From positions 433 to 64,432 of the forward strand of contig JAFQUJ010000010.1 in the NCBI GenBank assembly GCA_017408585.1: 64,000 nt of DNA, written 5' to 3'. The DNA is from Clostridia bacterium (GTDB lineage Bacteria > Bacillota > Clostridia > Oscillospirales > CAG-272). Under the pieces are notes generated by a model, which did not search any database, had not been told where the DNA came from, and saw only the letters and a program-made list of their open reading frames with translations. The position numbers and the translations under genes were made by a program. Shown piece after piece: positions 9,860 to 19,953 of the stretch. The first letter of the stretch is position 1. The number at the start of each line of letters is the position of its first letter.

Positions 9860-10723
9860 TTAAATAACAGGACCTATATTTCCTGTCACCACAAGAGTGC
9901 TTGTCGCGGGGGTGATTGTCCAAGCTCCTGTTGTAGGGTCTTGCATATATTGTCCTGCGCCAACGATTACCTGACCGGCAATAGTCGCAAATTCGCCTGT
10001 TGCCTCGTTATAGGTGTAATTTACACCCTCCTCCCAAGCCACACCATTAAAGGTAACGGTGATATTAGAAAGAATTGGGTCAAAGGTATCTGTGATTACA
10101 GCGTTATCAACCTCTGTTATTTCTGTGTTGCCTGTATTTTCGATAACAAAGGTGTAGCTAACAACTCCGCCTGCCGAAACAGGAACAGGTGAAATAGACT
10201 TGGTAATAGTAGCAATAGGAGCAATAGTAGCGCTTATCGTTTCGCTTGCCTCAATAGGTGTAATTCCTGCACCGGAAAGAGTGGCGGTGTTTGTGATTTC
10301 TGTACCCGCACCCAAGGGCGCAAATTGAGTTGTGTCTGCCTCATAGGCAATTGTGGTGTTGCCACCGCCATTTACGCTTATGCCGGAAAAAACAAGTTCT
10401 GTACCGACGCTAACCGCAGGTGATGGCTGTAAAATACCATCAATAAAATACTTGACTGAGCCATCAACATAGCTAAGTGGGACTAGCTGAGTCGTGCCAA
10501 ATGGATAAGAGCCGAGATTGTCACTTATGATAAGATTGCTAATTGTCGATGCTGAATTATTGGTAATGCTTATAATATAAGTCACCCTGTCGCTAGGACC
10601 ATAGCTGTCAGTAAGAGCGGTTTTAGTAATAGAAAGAGCTTCTAAAACCTCTCCTGTTGCGATATTAGATGGCGTGACAACATTTCCATAGGACAAGAGT
10701 GCTTGGTTTGTGAATTGAGCCAT
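9860..10723 (-). CDS. DUF11 / conserved-repeat-domain (TIGR01451-like) protein without signal peptide
   Basis: 287 aa, rich in Thr/Ser/Gly/Ile/Val. Two repeat-type modules: ITKTALTD...VTYIISITNNSASTISNLIISDNLG and ITKSISPVPVSAGGVVSYTFVIENTGNTEITEVDNAVITDTF. The N-terminus MAQFTNQALLSYGN is not hydrophobic. Confidence 0.7.
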   Translation of the reverse strand: MAQFTNQALLSYGNVVTPSNIATGEVLEALSITKTALTDSYGPSDRVTYIISITNNSASTISNLIISDNLGSYPFGTTQLVPLSYVDGSVKYFIDGILQPSPAVSVGTELVFSGISVNGGGNTTIAYEADTTQFAPLGAGTEITNTATLSGAGITPIEASETISATIAPIATITKSISPVPVSAGGVVSYTFVIENTGNTEITEVDNAVITDTFDPILSNITVTFNGVAWEEGVNYTYNEATGEFATIAGQVIVGAGQYMQDPTTGAWTITPATSTLVVTGNIGPVI

Positions 10724-10805
10724 AAAAATTCCTTTCTGAGAGCTAAGCTCTCGATATATAATATGAATAATGAAGAAAATTGATAAAATATTTCCAAGGA
10801 AATGC

Positions 10806-10834
10806 TTGACAAACAGAAAAACCTATGCTAGAAT
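10806..10834 (+). promoter_or_regulatory. Sigma-A-type promoter for the riboswitch-agcS unit
   Basis: TTGACA (10806-10811), a 17-nt spacer, then TAGAAT (10829-10834). Confidence 0.5.
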
Positions 10835-10867
10835 GTCATAGTATTAAAATTTAATAAAAAGCTAAAT

Positions 10868-10982
10868 GAAGATTTCAGAAGAAAAACGACTGAAATTCGA
10901 TAGCACTCCGGAGAATCTCTTAAATGAGTGCCGAAGGGGCAAGACACTAAGGTGTTAATCTCTCAGGCAAAAGGACAGAGTT
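10868..10982 (+). promoter_or_regulatory. Glycine riboswitch, single complete aptamer preceded by a short hairpin
   Basis: Conserved core CCGGAGAA...GTGCCGAAGGGGCAA...CTCTCAGGCAAAAGGACAGAG. The upstream hairpin ATTTCAG/CTGAAAT may be a ghost-aptamer remnant. It sits directly upstream of an alanine/glycine symporter gene. Confidence 0.8.
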
Positions 10983-11010
10983 AATTTTTTTTGCATATTT
11001 ATGCATTTTT

Positions 11011-11042
11011 GCGGAGTGATATTTTTGTCATTCCGCTTTTTG
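11011..11042 (+). terminator. Riboswitch expression-platform terminator
   Basis: Stem GCGGAGTGA / TCATTCCGC (one G-U pair) followed by TTTTT, between the aptamer and the agcS RBS. Confidence 0.6.
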
Positions 11043-11059
11043 CTTATAAAGGAGAAAAA

Positions 11060-12565
11060 ATGGAATTTTTAGAAAAGCTGGTTAGCACAATAAACGATTA
11101 CCTATCGGGCTACATTCTTGTGTTCTTGCTTGTAGGCGTTGGACTTTATTACTCAATAAAAACCAGATTCGTTCAAGTTCGCTGTCTTGGTGAGGGCTTT
11201 AAAAGAGTATTCTCGAAAAACGATAAGAGTACAGAGAAAAAGGGACTATCGTCATTTCAAGCTCTTGCAACCGCTGTCGCAGCACAAGTAGGCACAGGAA
11301 ATATAGTAGGCGCATGCGGAGCAATTCTAATCGGAGGACCGGGCGCAATCTTTTGGATGTGGATAATAGCCTTCTTGGGAATGGCTACTAACTACGCAGA
11401 GGCGGTTCTTGCTCAAAAAACAAAAACGATTGACGAAAACGGTGAGGTTCATGGCGGACCTGTTTACTATATCAAAAAGGCTTTTTCCGGCAAGCTGGGA
11501 AAAGGACTTGCAGGCTTCTTTGCAGTAGCTATAATAATCGCTCTTGGCTTTGTAGGAGCAATGGTTCAATCTAACTCTATCACAAGCAATATCGCAGGCG
11601 TTTTTGAATCATTTAATGTAGATATCTCGTCATACACATGGATAATCGGTATCGTAGTAGCACTTCTTGTAGGCGTTATCTTTATCGGTGGTGTTAAGAG
11701 AATAGCATCAGTTACCGAGAAATTAGTTCCAATAATGGCAATTATGTACATAGTTGGTGGACTTTTGGTGCTTTGTGTAAACTTCAAAAATGTTCCCGGC
11801 GCAATCGGTGCGATCTTTAAATACGCATTCGTTCCCCAAGCTCTTATAGGCGGTGGCTTCGGTAGCGCAATCGTAAAGGCAATTCAAAAGGGCGCACAAA
11901 GAGGACTTTTCTCAAACGAGGCGGGAATGGGCTCAACTCCACACGCTCACGCACAGGCAGATGTTAAAGACCCACACGACCAAGGCGTAGTAGCCATGGT
12001 GGGCGTATTTATAGACACATTTATCGTTCTTACGCTGACTGCACTTATCGTGCTTTGTACTCTCTATACAGGCAACGGCCCACTAGCTAGCGCAACGGGC
12101 GAGCTTGTTAATACAGGCCTTTTTGGTAGCTTTTCGGACTATGCAAAAAGCATTGGCTTAACTGACGGAAACATGGTTCAAAGGGCGTTCCAAATGACCT
12201 TTACAACCATATTTGGAAGCGAAGCGGTAGGAAACGCAGTAGGAAGCATATTTGTTGCAATTTGCCTATTCTTCTTTGCATTCTCAACCATTATCAGCTG
12301 GAACTTCTTTGGAAAAATCAATTTCAATTATCTATTTGGAAAGAAAGCAACTGTTGCATATTCTGCCATCGCGATTGTTTGCGTATTCCTTGGCTCAATC
12401 GGCTCAAACGGACTCGTTTGGGGTCTGTCCGATATGTTCAATAACCTAATGGTAATCCCTAATGTAATCGCAATGTTTGCGCTTGGAGGCATGGTTTTTG
12501 AAAAATTCAATAAGAATAAGCCGATCTTTGTCGAGGGAAGCGTAGATGCAGAGCAAAATAACTAA
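11060..12565 (+). CDS. agcS: Sodium:alanine/glycine symporter (AGCS family)
   Basis: 501 aa from ATG 11060 (RBS AAAGGAGAAAAA). MEFLEKLVSTINDYLSGYILVFLLVGVGLYYSIKTRFVQVR is a typical AgcS N-terminus. Multi-pass membrane protein with the motif FSNEAGMGS. Confidence 0.85.
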   Translation: MEFLEKLVSTINDYLSGYILVFLLVGVGLYYSIKTRFVQVRCLGEGFKRVFSKNDKSTEKKGLSSFQALATAVAAQVGTGNIVGACGAILIGGPGAIFWMWIIAFLGMATNYAEAVLAQKTKTIDENGEVHGGPVYYIKKAFSGKLGKGLAGFFAVAIIIALGFVGAMVQSNSITSNIAGVFESFNVDISSYTWIIGIVVALLVGVIFIGGVKRIASVTEKLVPIMAIMYIVGGLLVLCVNFKNVPGAIGAIFKYAFVPQALIGGGFGSAIVKAIQKGAQRGLFSNEAGMGSTPHAHAQADVKDPHDQGVVAMVGVFIDTFIVLTLTALIVLCTLYTGNGPLASATGELVNTGLFGSFSDYAKSIGLTDGNMVQRAFQMTFTTIFGSEAVGNAVGSIFVAICLFFFAFSTIISWNFFGKINFNYLFGKKATVAYSAIAIVCVFLGSIGSNGLVWGLSDMFNNLMVIPNVIAMFALGGMVFEKFNKNKPIFVEGSVDAEQNN

Positions 12566-12598
12566 AAATCTCTAGGAGCAATAGCTCCTTCTAAGAAT

Positions 12599-12637
12599 GA
12601 AAATCCGTCCTAATTTTAAATTTAGGGTGGATTTTTT
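12599..12637 (+). terminator. Rho-independent terminator after agcS
   Basis: Imperfect 13-bp stem AAATCCGTCCTAA / TTAGGGTGGATTT followed by TTTTT. Confidence 0.55.
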
Positions 12638-12695
12638 CATTAATATGTGATAAAATATATTACAATGAATAAAAAATGAAAAAGCAGGAGAAAAA

Positions 12696-13346
12696 ATGAA
12701 AAAATATTCAAGCATATTATTTGATTTAGATGGTACACTTATCGACAGCGGAGTGGGAGTTACAAATTCCGTAGCATACGCTCTTGAAAAATTCAATTTA
12801 TATGTAGAAAATAGAACGCTACTTGCTTGCTTTATAGGCCCACCACTAATGTATTCCTTCCAAAATTTTTATAATTTCAGCGAGGAAAAGGCGATAAAGG
12901 CAATTGAATATTATAGAGAATATTACACCAAAAAGGGAATTCATGAATACGAGGTTTATAAGGGAATGGCAGAAGTGCTTATGGCGTTAAGGGACGCAGG
13001 CTATAAGCTTTATGTTGCTACCTCGAAGCCAGAGGAATTTGCAAGGGCAATTCTTGACGAGGCAGGGCTATCCCAGTATTTTGATTATATTGCCGGCGCT
13101 AGCATGGACGAGAGAACTCGCTCAACTAAGGAACAGGTTATCGAATACGCTCTGACAACAGCGCAAATTGAGCCTAGCACTGCTATCATGATAGGAGATC
13201 GCTACCACGATATTGATGGGGCTCACAAATTCGGCATGGACTCGGTTGGAGTCCTCTTTGGCTATGGAAGCTATTACGAGCTAAGAGCACACAAAGCAAC
13301 ATACATGGTTGAAAATCCCTATGATATAGTCGCCTTGCTTGTGTAA
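12696..13346 (+). CDS. HAD-superfamily phosphatase (phosphoglycolate-phosphatase-like)
   Basis: 216 aa. Motif I is FDLDGTLIDS, with a later SKPEEF-type motif and GDRYHDIDGA (motif IV). RBS AGGAGA. Confidence 0.7.
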   Translation: MKKYSSILFDLDGTLIDSGVGVTNSVAYALEKFNLYVENRTLLACFIGPPLMYSFQNFYNFSEEKAIKAIEYYREYYTKKGIHEYEVYKGMAEVLMALRDAGYKLYVATSKPEEFARAILDEAGLSQYFDYIAGASMDERTRSTKEQVIEYALTTAQIEPSTAIMIGDRYHDIDGAHKFGMDSVGVLFGYGSYYELRAHKATYMVENPYDIVALLV

Positions 13347-13466
13347 AAAAGAGTAAAAATCTAAAAAAATCGCCATTTAACTATTGACTTGATAAATTAT
13401 GTGTGCTATGATATAGAACATAATTATTCAAGTTTTATGAATAAAACTCCCAAGGAGATGAACATT

Positions 13467-14531
13467 ATGGATATCAAAATTACAAAAACAACTACTCCAA
13501 GAACAATGCCCAAGGAAAGCGAGCTCGGATTTGGTCAATATTTTTCCGACCATATGTTTATAATGGACTACGAGGCAGGCAAGGGCTGGTATAACGCAAG
13601 AATTGTTCCCTTTGGAAACATTTCACTTCACCCCGCATCAACCGTGCTCCACTATGGCGCTGAAATCTTTGAGGGCTTAAAGGCATATCGCACCGAAGAG
13701 GGCGGAATTCAGCTTTTCAGACCCATGGAAAACATAAGAAGACTAAATCGCTCCGCTGAGCGTATGTGCCTTCCAACCATCGATGAAAATGACGCTCTCG
13801 AAATCCTCGAGACCTTCGTTCGCCTCGAGGAAAAATGGGTTCCTAAATCCTTTGGCACATCACTTTACCTTCGTCCTTATATGTTTGGCAATGACGAAAC
13901 CCTCGGCGTTCATACAGTACATAGAGCAACCTATATGATAATCGCATCACCTAGTGGAAGCTACTATAAGGAAGGCATCAACCCTGTTAAAATCATGATT
14001 GAGGACGAGGATGTTCGTACCGTTCGTGGTGGAACAGGCTATGCAAAGTGTGGTGGAAACTACGCGGCCTCGACAAGAGCAGGTGAAAGAGCAAATAAAA
14101 AGGGCTATTCACAGGTTCTATGGCTTGATGGAGTTGAAAGAAAGTATATCGAAGAGGTCGGCGCTATGAATGTAATGTTCAAAATCGACGGCGAAATCGT
14201 AACTCCTGAGCTTGATAGTGGTTCGATTCTCCCCGGTATAACAAGAAAATCCTGTATTGAGGTATTAAAGAGCCTCGGCTACAAGGTAAGCGAAAGACTA
14301 CTCAGCATAGACGAGCTACTAGACGCTATGAAGAATGGTAAGCTCGAGGAGGCGTGGGGCTGTGGAACTGCCGCAGTTGTATCTCCTATCGGCAGACTCA
14401 TGTACGATGATGTTGAATATATTATCAATGACGAGAAAATCGGTGAGGTAACTCAAAAGCTCTATGACATTCTCACAGGAATTCAATGGGGCAAAATCGA
14501 GGATACCTATAACTGGGTACATAAGCTCTAA
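13467..14531 (+). CDS. ilvE: Branched-chain amino acid aminotransferase
   Basis: 354 aa from ATG 13467 (RBS AAGGAG). Motifs LGFGQYFSDHMF, HPASTVLHYGAEIFEGLKAYR, SLYLRP and GGTGYAKCGGNYA are typical of class IV BCAT. Confidence 0.9.
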   Translation: MDIKITKTTTPRTMPKESELGFGQYFSDHMFIMDYEAGKGWYNARIVPFGNISLHPASTVLHYGAEIFEGLKAYRTEEGGIQLFRPMENIRRLNRSAERMCLPTIDENDALEILETFVRLEEKWVPKSFGTSLYLRPYMFGNDETLGVHTVHRATYMIIASPSGSYYKEGINPVKIMIEDEDVRTVRGGTGYAKCGGNYAASTRAGERANKKGYSQVLWLDGVERKYIEEVGAMNVMFKIDGEIVTPELDSGSILPGITRKSCIEVLKSLGYKVSERLLSIDELLDAMKNGKLEEAWGCGTAAVVSPIGRLMYDDVEYIINDEKIGEVTQKLYDILTGIQWGKIEDTYNWVHKL

Positions 14532-14540
14532 TAAAAGATC

Positions 14541-14571
14541 AAAAAAGCTCTCAAAAATGGGAGCTTTTTTC
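14541..14571 (+). terminator. Rho-independent terminator after ilvE
   Basis: AAGCTCTC / GGGAGCTT stem with an A-rich loop, followed by TTTTTT. Confidence 0.6.
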
Positions 14572-14642
14572 ATTAAAAAATATAACTTTTTACTTTAGTG
14601 TGATAAAAAACTAAATTTTTATAAAAAATTTTAAAAAAGGTA

Positions 14643-14671
14643 TTGACAAATCAACATAAATAATATAAAAT
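14643..14671 (+). promoter_or_regulatory. Sigma-A-type promoter of the ilv-leu leader
   Basis: TTGACA (14643-14648), a 17-nt spacer, then TAAAAT (14666-14671). Confidence 0.5.
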
Positions 14672-14689
14672 AAGCGTATATTTTTATAT

Positions 14690-14946
14690 TAAAGACCTTG
14701 AAGGGAACAAAATTCATTAAAACGGTCAAGAGAGTCGGCGTTTGGTGCGAGCCGATACGAAAGATGAACATATCTCATCCCTGAGTCGCCAACCGAAAGG
14801 AAACGAGTAGATTTGGACGGGTGCTCCCGTTATAGAGTAGTTTGCTGATAGGCAAAATGAGTGGGCGTAAAGCCAATAAGAGTGGTACCACGGAGGAAGC
14901 TTCGTCTCTTTTATGCAAGTGGTTGCGTAAAAGAGGCTTTTTTATT
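14690..14946 (+). promoter_or_regulatory. T-box leader, leucine specifier (CUC)
   Basis: Stem I has the AGAGAG bulge and a distal loop TTTGGTGCGA. The specifier loop CATATCTCA has CTC at 14774-14776 followed by A. T-box motif AGTGGTACCACGG at 14880-14892. Terminator GTCTCTTTTATGC / GCGTAAAAGAGGC plus TTTTTT. leuA lies downstream. Confidence 0.85.
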
Positions 14947-15004
14947 TTAAAAACCTCCTTGGAGCAACCCAAATGAACTAACCCGAAGCAAGGAGGATTA
15001 ATTT

Positions 15005-16669
15005 ATGAAGGGCTATCAAAAGTACACAAAGCAATTTTTCGCACCCGAGGGTGTAACAATGGATTGGGTAAAGAAGGAATACATAGACAAGCCACCGATT
15101 TGGTGTAGTGTTGACCTTCGCGACGGAAACCAAGCGCTTATAATTCCTATGAGCCTTGAGGAAAAGCTTGAATTCTTCAAGCTTCTTTGCGAGGTCGGCT
15201 TTAAGGAAATCGAGGTCGGCTTTCCTGCAGCCTCTGAAACAGAGTACGAGTTTTGCAGAACTATAATTGAGCAAAACCTAATTCCTGACGATGTAACAAT
15301 TCAGGTTCTCACACAGTCAAGAGAGCATATTATCGCAAAAACCTTTGAGGCAATCGATGGCGCAAAGCACGCAGTCGTTCACCTCTACAACTCAACATCT
15401 GTTGCTCAAAGAGAGCAGGTGTTCAAAAGAGATAAGCAACAAATTATCGATATCGCCACCTTCGGCGCTAAGCTCTGTAAGGAGTATAAGGCAAAGGCGA
15501 AGGGCAAAATCACCTTTGAATATTCACCGGAAAGCTTTACCGGCACAGAGCCTGAGTTCGCTGCTGAAATTTGTAACGAGGTAATCAAAATTTGGGAGCC
15601 AACCCCCGACGATAAGGTTATTATCAACCTTCCCGTTACAGTATCTCATTCAATGCCACATGTTTACGCAAATCAGGTTGAATACATGGATAAAAACCTT
15701 CTTTGTCGTGAAAATGTTATAATCTCACTTCACCCACACAATGACCGTGGATGCGCTATTGCAGATAGTGAAATGGGACTTTTGGCAGGTGGTGACAGAA
15801 TAGAGGGCACACTCTTTGGAAACGGAGAGAGAACAGGTAATGTGGATATCGTTACTCTCGCTCTTAATATGTTCTCACAGGGTATTGACCCCGGACTTGA
15901 TTTTACCAACCTTCCTGAAATTACATCGGTCTATGAAAAGGTCACAAGAATGCATGTCTATGAAAGACAGCCATATAGTGGAGCACTCGTATTCGCCGCA
16001 TTTAGTGGCTCTCATCAGGACGCAATCGCAAAGGGCATGAAGTTTAGAGAGGATAAGGACATTAAATGGACAGTTCCATATCTTCCAATCGACCCAACCG
16101 ATATAGGACGCGTTTACGAGGCAGATGTTATTCGTATCAACTCCCAATCAGGCAAGGGCGGAATTGGCTATATTATGGAAACACAGTTCAAGCTCAATCT
16201 CCCACCAAAAATGCGTGAGGTGTTTGGCTACCATGTCAAGAGCATCTCAGACCATGAGCATAGAGAGCTTCAGCCAATCGAGGTGTACGACATTTTCATG
16301 AGAGATTTCGTGAACCTAACCTCAAAAATCAAGGTTGTAAATGCAACCTATAATGACCATATCGACGATGCCGACATTGATGGCATCATCACACTTGAAT
16401 ATAACGGAAATGAAACAACATTGAGAGCAAGTGGAAACGGACGCCTTGACTGCGTAAGCAACGCAATAAAGTCACTTCTCGGAGTAAGCTATACTCTTGA
16501 AACCTATACACAGCACGCACTCGAGGGCACAACAAGCTCAAAGGCGGCATCATATGTCAGCATTGTATGTGATGGCAAAACTTATTGGGGCACAGGCATC
16601 AGTAGCGATATTAGCCGTTCATCAATCAAGGCTCTTGTAAGTGCTGTAAACATTATGCTTTCTAAATAA
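15005..16669 (+). CDS. leuA: 2-isopropylmalate synthase (long, type-2 form)
   Basis: 554 aa. Motifs WCSVDLRDGNQAL and HPHNDRGCA (HxH metal site), plus a C-terminal LeuA allosteric domain. RBS AAGGAGGA. Confidence 0.9.
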   Translation: MKGYQKYTKQFFAPEGVTMDWVKKEYIDKPPIWCSVDLRDGNQALIIPMSLEEKLEFFKLLCEVGFKEIEVGFPAASETEYEFCRTIIEQNLIPDDVTIQVLTQSREHIIAKTFEAIDGAKHAVVHLYNSTSVAQREQVFKRDKQQIIDIATFGAKLCKEYKAKAKGKITFEYSPESFTGTEPEFAAEICNEVIKIWEPTPDDKVIINLPVTVSHSMPHVYANQVEYMDKNLLCRENVIISLHPHNDRGCAIADSEMGLLAGGDRIEGTLFGNGERTGNVDIVTLALNMFSQGIDPGLDFTNLPEITSVYEKVTRMHVYERQPYSGALVFAAFSGSHQDAIAKGMKFREDKDIKWTVPYLPIDPTDIGRVYEADVIRINSQSGKGGIGYIMETQFKLNLPPKMREVFGYHVKSISDHEHRELQPIEVYDIFMRDFVNLTSKIKVVNATYNDHIDDADIDGIITLEYNGNETTLRASGNGRLDCVSNAIKSLLGVSYTLETYTQHALEGTTSSKAASYVSIVCDGKTYWGTGISSDISRSSIKALVSAVNIMLSK

Positions 16670-16686
16670 TAAAGGAGAAAACACAG

Positions 16687-18372
16687 ATGAAATTAACAGG
16701 AGCAGAAATCATCATAAAAACCCTAATCGAGCAGGGAGTTACCGATGTGTTTGGATATCCGGGTGGACAGGTAATCAATATTTATGATGCACTCTATAAA
16801 AATAGCGATCAAATCAATCATATCTTGACCGCACACGAGCAGGGAGCGGCGCACGCAGCTGATGGCTATTCAAGAGCCACAGGTAAGGTTGGTGTATGTA
16901 TTGCAACCTCAGGCCCCGGCGCAACAAACCTAGTAACAGGAATTGCAACCGCAATGCTCGACTCAATCCCAATGGTAGCAATCACAGGAAATGTTCCTTG
17001 TAGCCTTATCGGTAAGGATAGCTTCCAGGAGATTGATATTACAGGAATTACCCTTCCAATTACAAAGCACAACTATTTCGTAAATAGAATAGAGGACCTA
17101 GCCGATAGCATAAGAGAGGCATTCTCAATTGCAAAATCAGGACGCCCCGGACCTGTCCTTGTTGATGTTCCAAAGGATGTTCAAATGGCACTCTATGATT
17201 ATGAGCCACAGGATGTTGCACCAAAAATCCCTCTTCCACTAGGCGACGAGGATAAAATTGCCGAGGCGATAAAGCTCGTAAATGAGGCAAAGCGTCCATA
17301 TATTTACATAGGCGGTGGCGCAGCGGGTCTTGGACTAGGCGACGAGATTATTGAGCTTGCAAACAAAATTGATGCTTGCATAGGCTGCACATTCATGGGA
17401 CTTTCCGCAATCCCTGATGGCTGTGAAAGATTTCTTGGAATGCAGGGTATGCACGGACATTACGCTTCATCAATGGCTCAAAACGAGGCAGACCTCATTA
17501 TTGGCGTAGGCGTAAGATTTAGTGACAGAGCCACAGGAAATGTATCAAAATACGCAAAAAATTGTAAAATTATTCAGCTAGACCCCGACTTCTCTGAAAT
17601 CAATAAAAATGTTAAAATTGATTGTGGCATTGTCGGCGATGTTGAGCATTCATTCATGGCTATCGCAAGTGGCTGTGAGGCAAAGAAGAACCCCGAGTGG
17701 ATGGAGCGTGTTGAGGCTCTCAAGCTCGACGAGGAGCGCTTTGAAAACGAAATCGCAGAAAAGTCAACCGCACCTCTTACACCCAAAAAGGTGTTCGATG
17801 TAATAAACGAATGCAAGCCCGCAAATACAGTTATCGTAACAGATGTAGGACAACACCAAATGTGGACTGCCCAATATGTAAAATTCGATAGCGTAAGACG
17901 CTTCGTTTCAAGTGGTGGACTTGGCACAATGGGCTTTGGACTTGGCGCAGCAATTGGCGCAAGAGTTGCAACAGGCGATACAACAGTGCTTATCACAGGC
18001 GACGGTAGCTTCGGCATGAACCTAAACGAGCTTGCAACAGCCGTATCTCACAATATTCCTGTTGTAATCGTGCTTATGAACAATGGAGTTCTTGGTATGG
18101 TTCGCCAATGGCAAACGCTTTTCTTCGGTGCAAGATATTCAAATACCGTGCTTGGTGCAAGACAAACAGATTTTGTAAAGCTTGCTGAGGCGTTTGGAGC
18201 TCTAGGCTTTAGAGTAAGCACTCAGGAGGACTTCAACAAGGCATTTGAAGAGGCTCTTGCAAGTGGAAAAACAGTCGTAATTGACACACTTATCGACAAG
18301 GATGAATTCGTTCTTCCTATGCTCCCACCGGGTGGCTCAATTGACGATATTATCACAAATGTAAAAAAATAG
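16687..18372 (+). CDS. ilvB: Acetolactate synthase, large (catalytic) subunit
   Basis: 561 aa. ThDP enzyme motifs GYPGG, GPGATNLVTG and GLGTMGFGLGAAIG...GDGSF. Followed by the small subunit gene. Confidence 0.92.
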   Translation: MKLTGAEIIIKTLIEQGVTDVFGYPGGQVINIYDALYKNSDQINHILTAHEQGAAHAADGYSRATGKVGVCIATSGPGATNLVTGIATAMLDSIPMVAITGNVPCSLIGKDSFQEIDITGITLPITKHNYFVNRIEDLADSIREAFSIAKSGRPGPVLVDVPKDVQMALYDYEPQDVAPKIPLPLGDEDKIAEAIKLVNEAKRPYIYIGGGAAGLGLGDEIIELANKIDACIGCTFMGLSAIPDGCERFLGMQGMHGHYASSMAQNEADLIIGVGVRFSDRATGNVSKYAKNCKIIQLDPDFSEINKNVKIDCGIVGDVEHSFMAIASGCEAKKNPEWMERVEALKLDEERFENEIAEKSTAPLTPKKVFDVINECKPANTVIVTDVGQHQMWTAQYVKFDSVRRFVSSGGLGTMGFGLGAAIGARVATGDTTVLITGDGSFGMNLNELATAVSHNIPVVIVLMNNGVLGMVRQWQTLFFGARYSNTVLGARQTDFVKLAEAFGALGFRVSTQEDFNKAFEEALASGKTVVIDTLIDKDEFVLPMLPPGGSIDDIITNVKK

Positions 18373-18381
18373 GAGGACGAT

Positions 18382-18879
18382 ATGAAGGACAACAAATTTG
18401 TAATCGCTGTTTATGTTGACAACAAATTCGGTGTGCTTACAAGAGTAACAAGTATGTTCACAAGGCGTGGCTTCAACATTGATGCTCTTACCGTTGGAGA
18501 AACGGAGCGTCCGGAATATTCTCGTATCACAATCTGCCTAAGTGGTGATGGATACGCAAGAGAACAGCTTATAAATCAGCTAAGAAAGCTCTATAATGTA
18601 AAGAAGGTTGATGTCTTAGAGCAGGATTGTATCAAGCGAGAGCTTATGCTTTTAAAGGTTAAATACACCAAAGATTCAAGAGCAGATATCCTTGCCGCAA
18701 CCGATGTTTACAGAGCAAAGGTAATCGACTACACAACAGACGAAATGTGTATCGAGGTAACAGGCGACCCAACAAAGATTGATGCGTTTATCAAGCTTAT
18801 GATCCCATTCGGCATAATCGAAATGTGTCGTACAGGAATTGTAGCGCTTGAGCGTGGAAATACAACATTATTTGATTAA
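18382..18879 (+). CDS. ilvN: Acetolactate synthase, small (regulatory) subunit
   Basis: 165 aa. ACT domain start VYVDNKFGVLTRVTSMFTRRGFNIDALTVG. Located immediately after ilvB. Confidence 0.9.
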   Translation: MKDNKFVIAVYVDNKFGVLTRVTSMFTRRGFNIDALTVGETERPEYSRITICLSGDGYAREQLINQLRKLYNVKKVDVLEQDCIKRELMLLKVKYTKDSRADILAATDVYRAKVIDYTTDEMCIEVTGDPTKIDAFIKLMIPFGIIEMCRTGIVALERGNTTLFD

Positions 18880-18888
18880 AATTTATAA

Positions 18889-19941
<1,053 letters not shown>

Positions 19942-19953
19942 TCGAGGCACAAA

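Noticed and set aside
10724-10800. A CATATTATA element upstream of the DUF11 gene (minus strand) that resembles the sigma-K -10 consensus CATA-N3-TA, which would support a sporulation role.
   Set aside because: There is no matching -35 element at the right distance, and the match is short and sits in AT-rich DNA. It is too weak to call a sporulation promoter.
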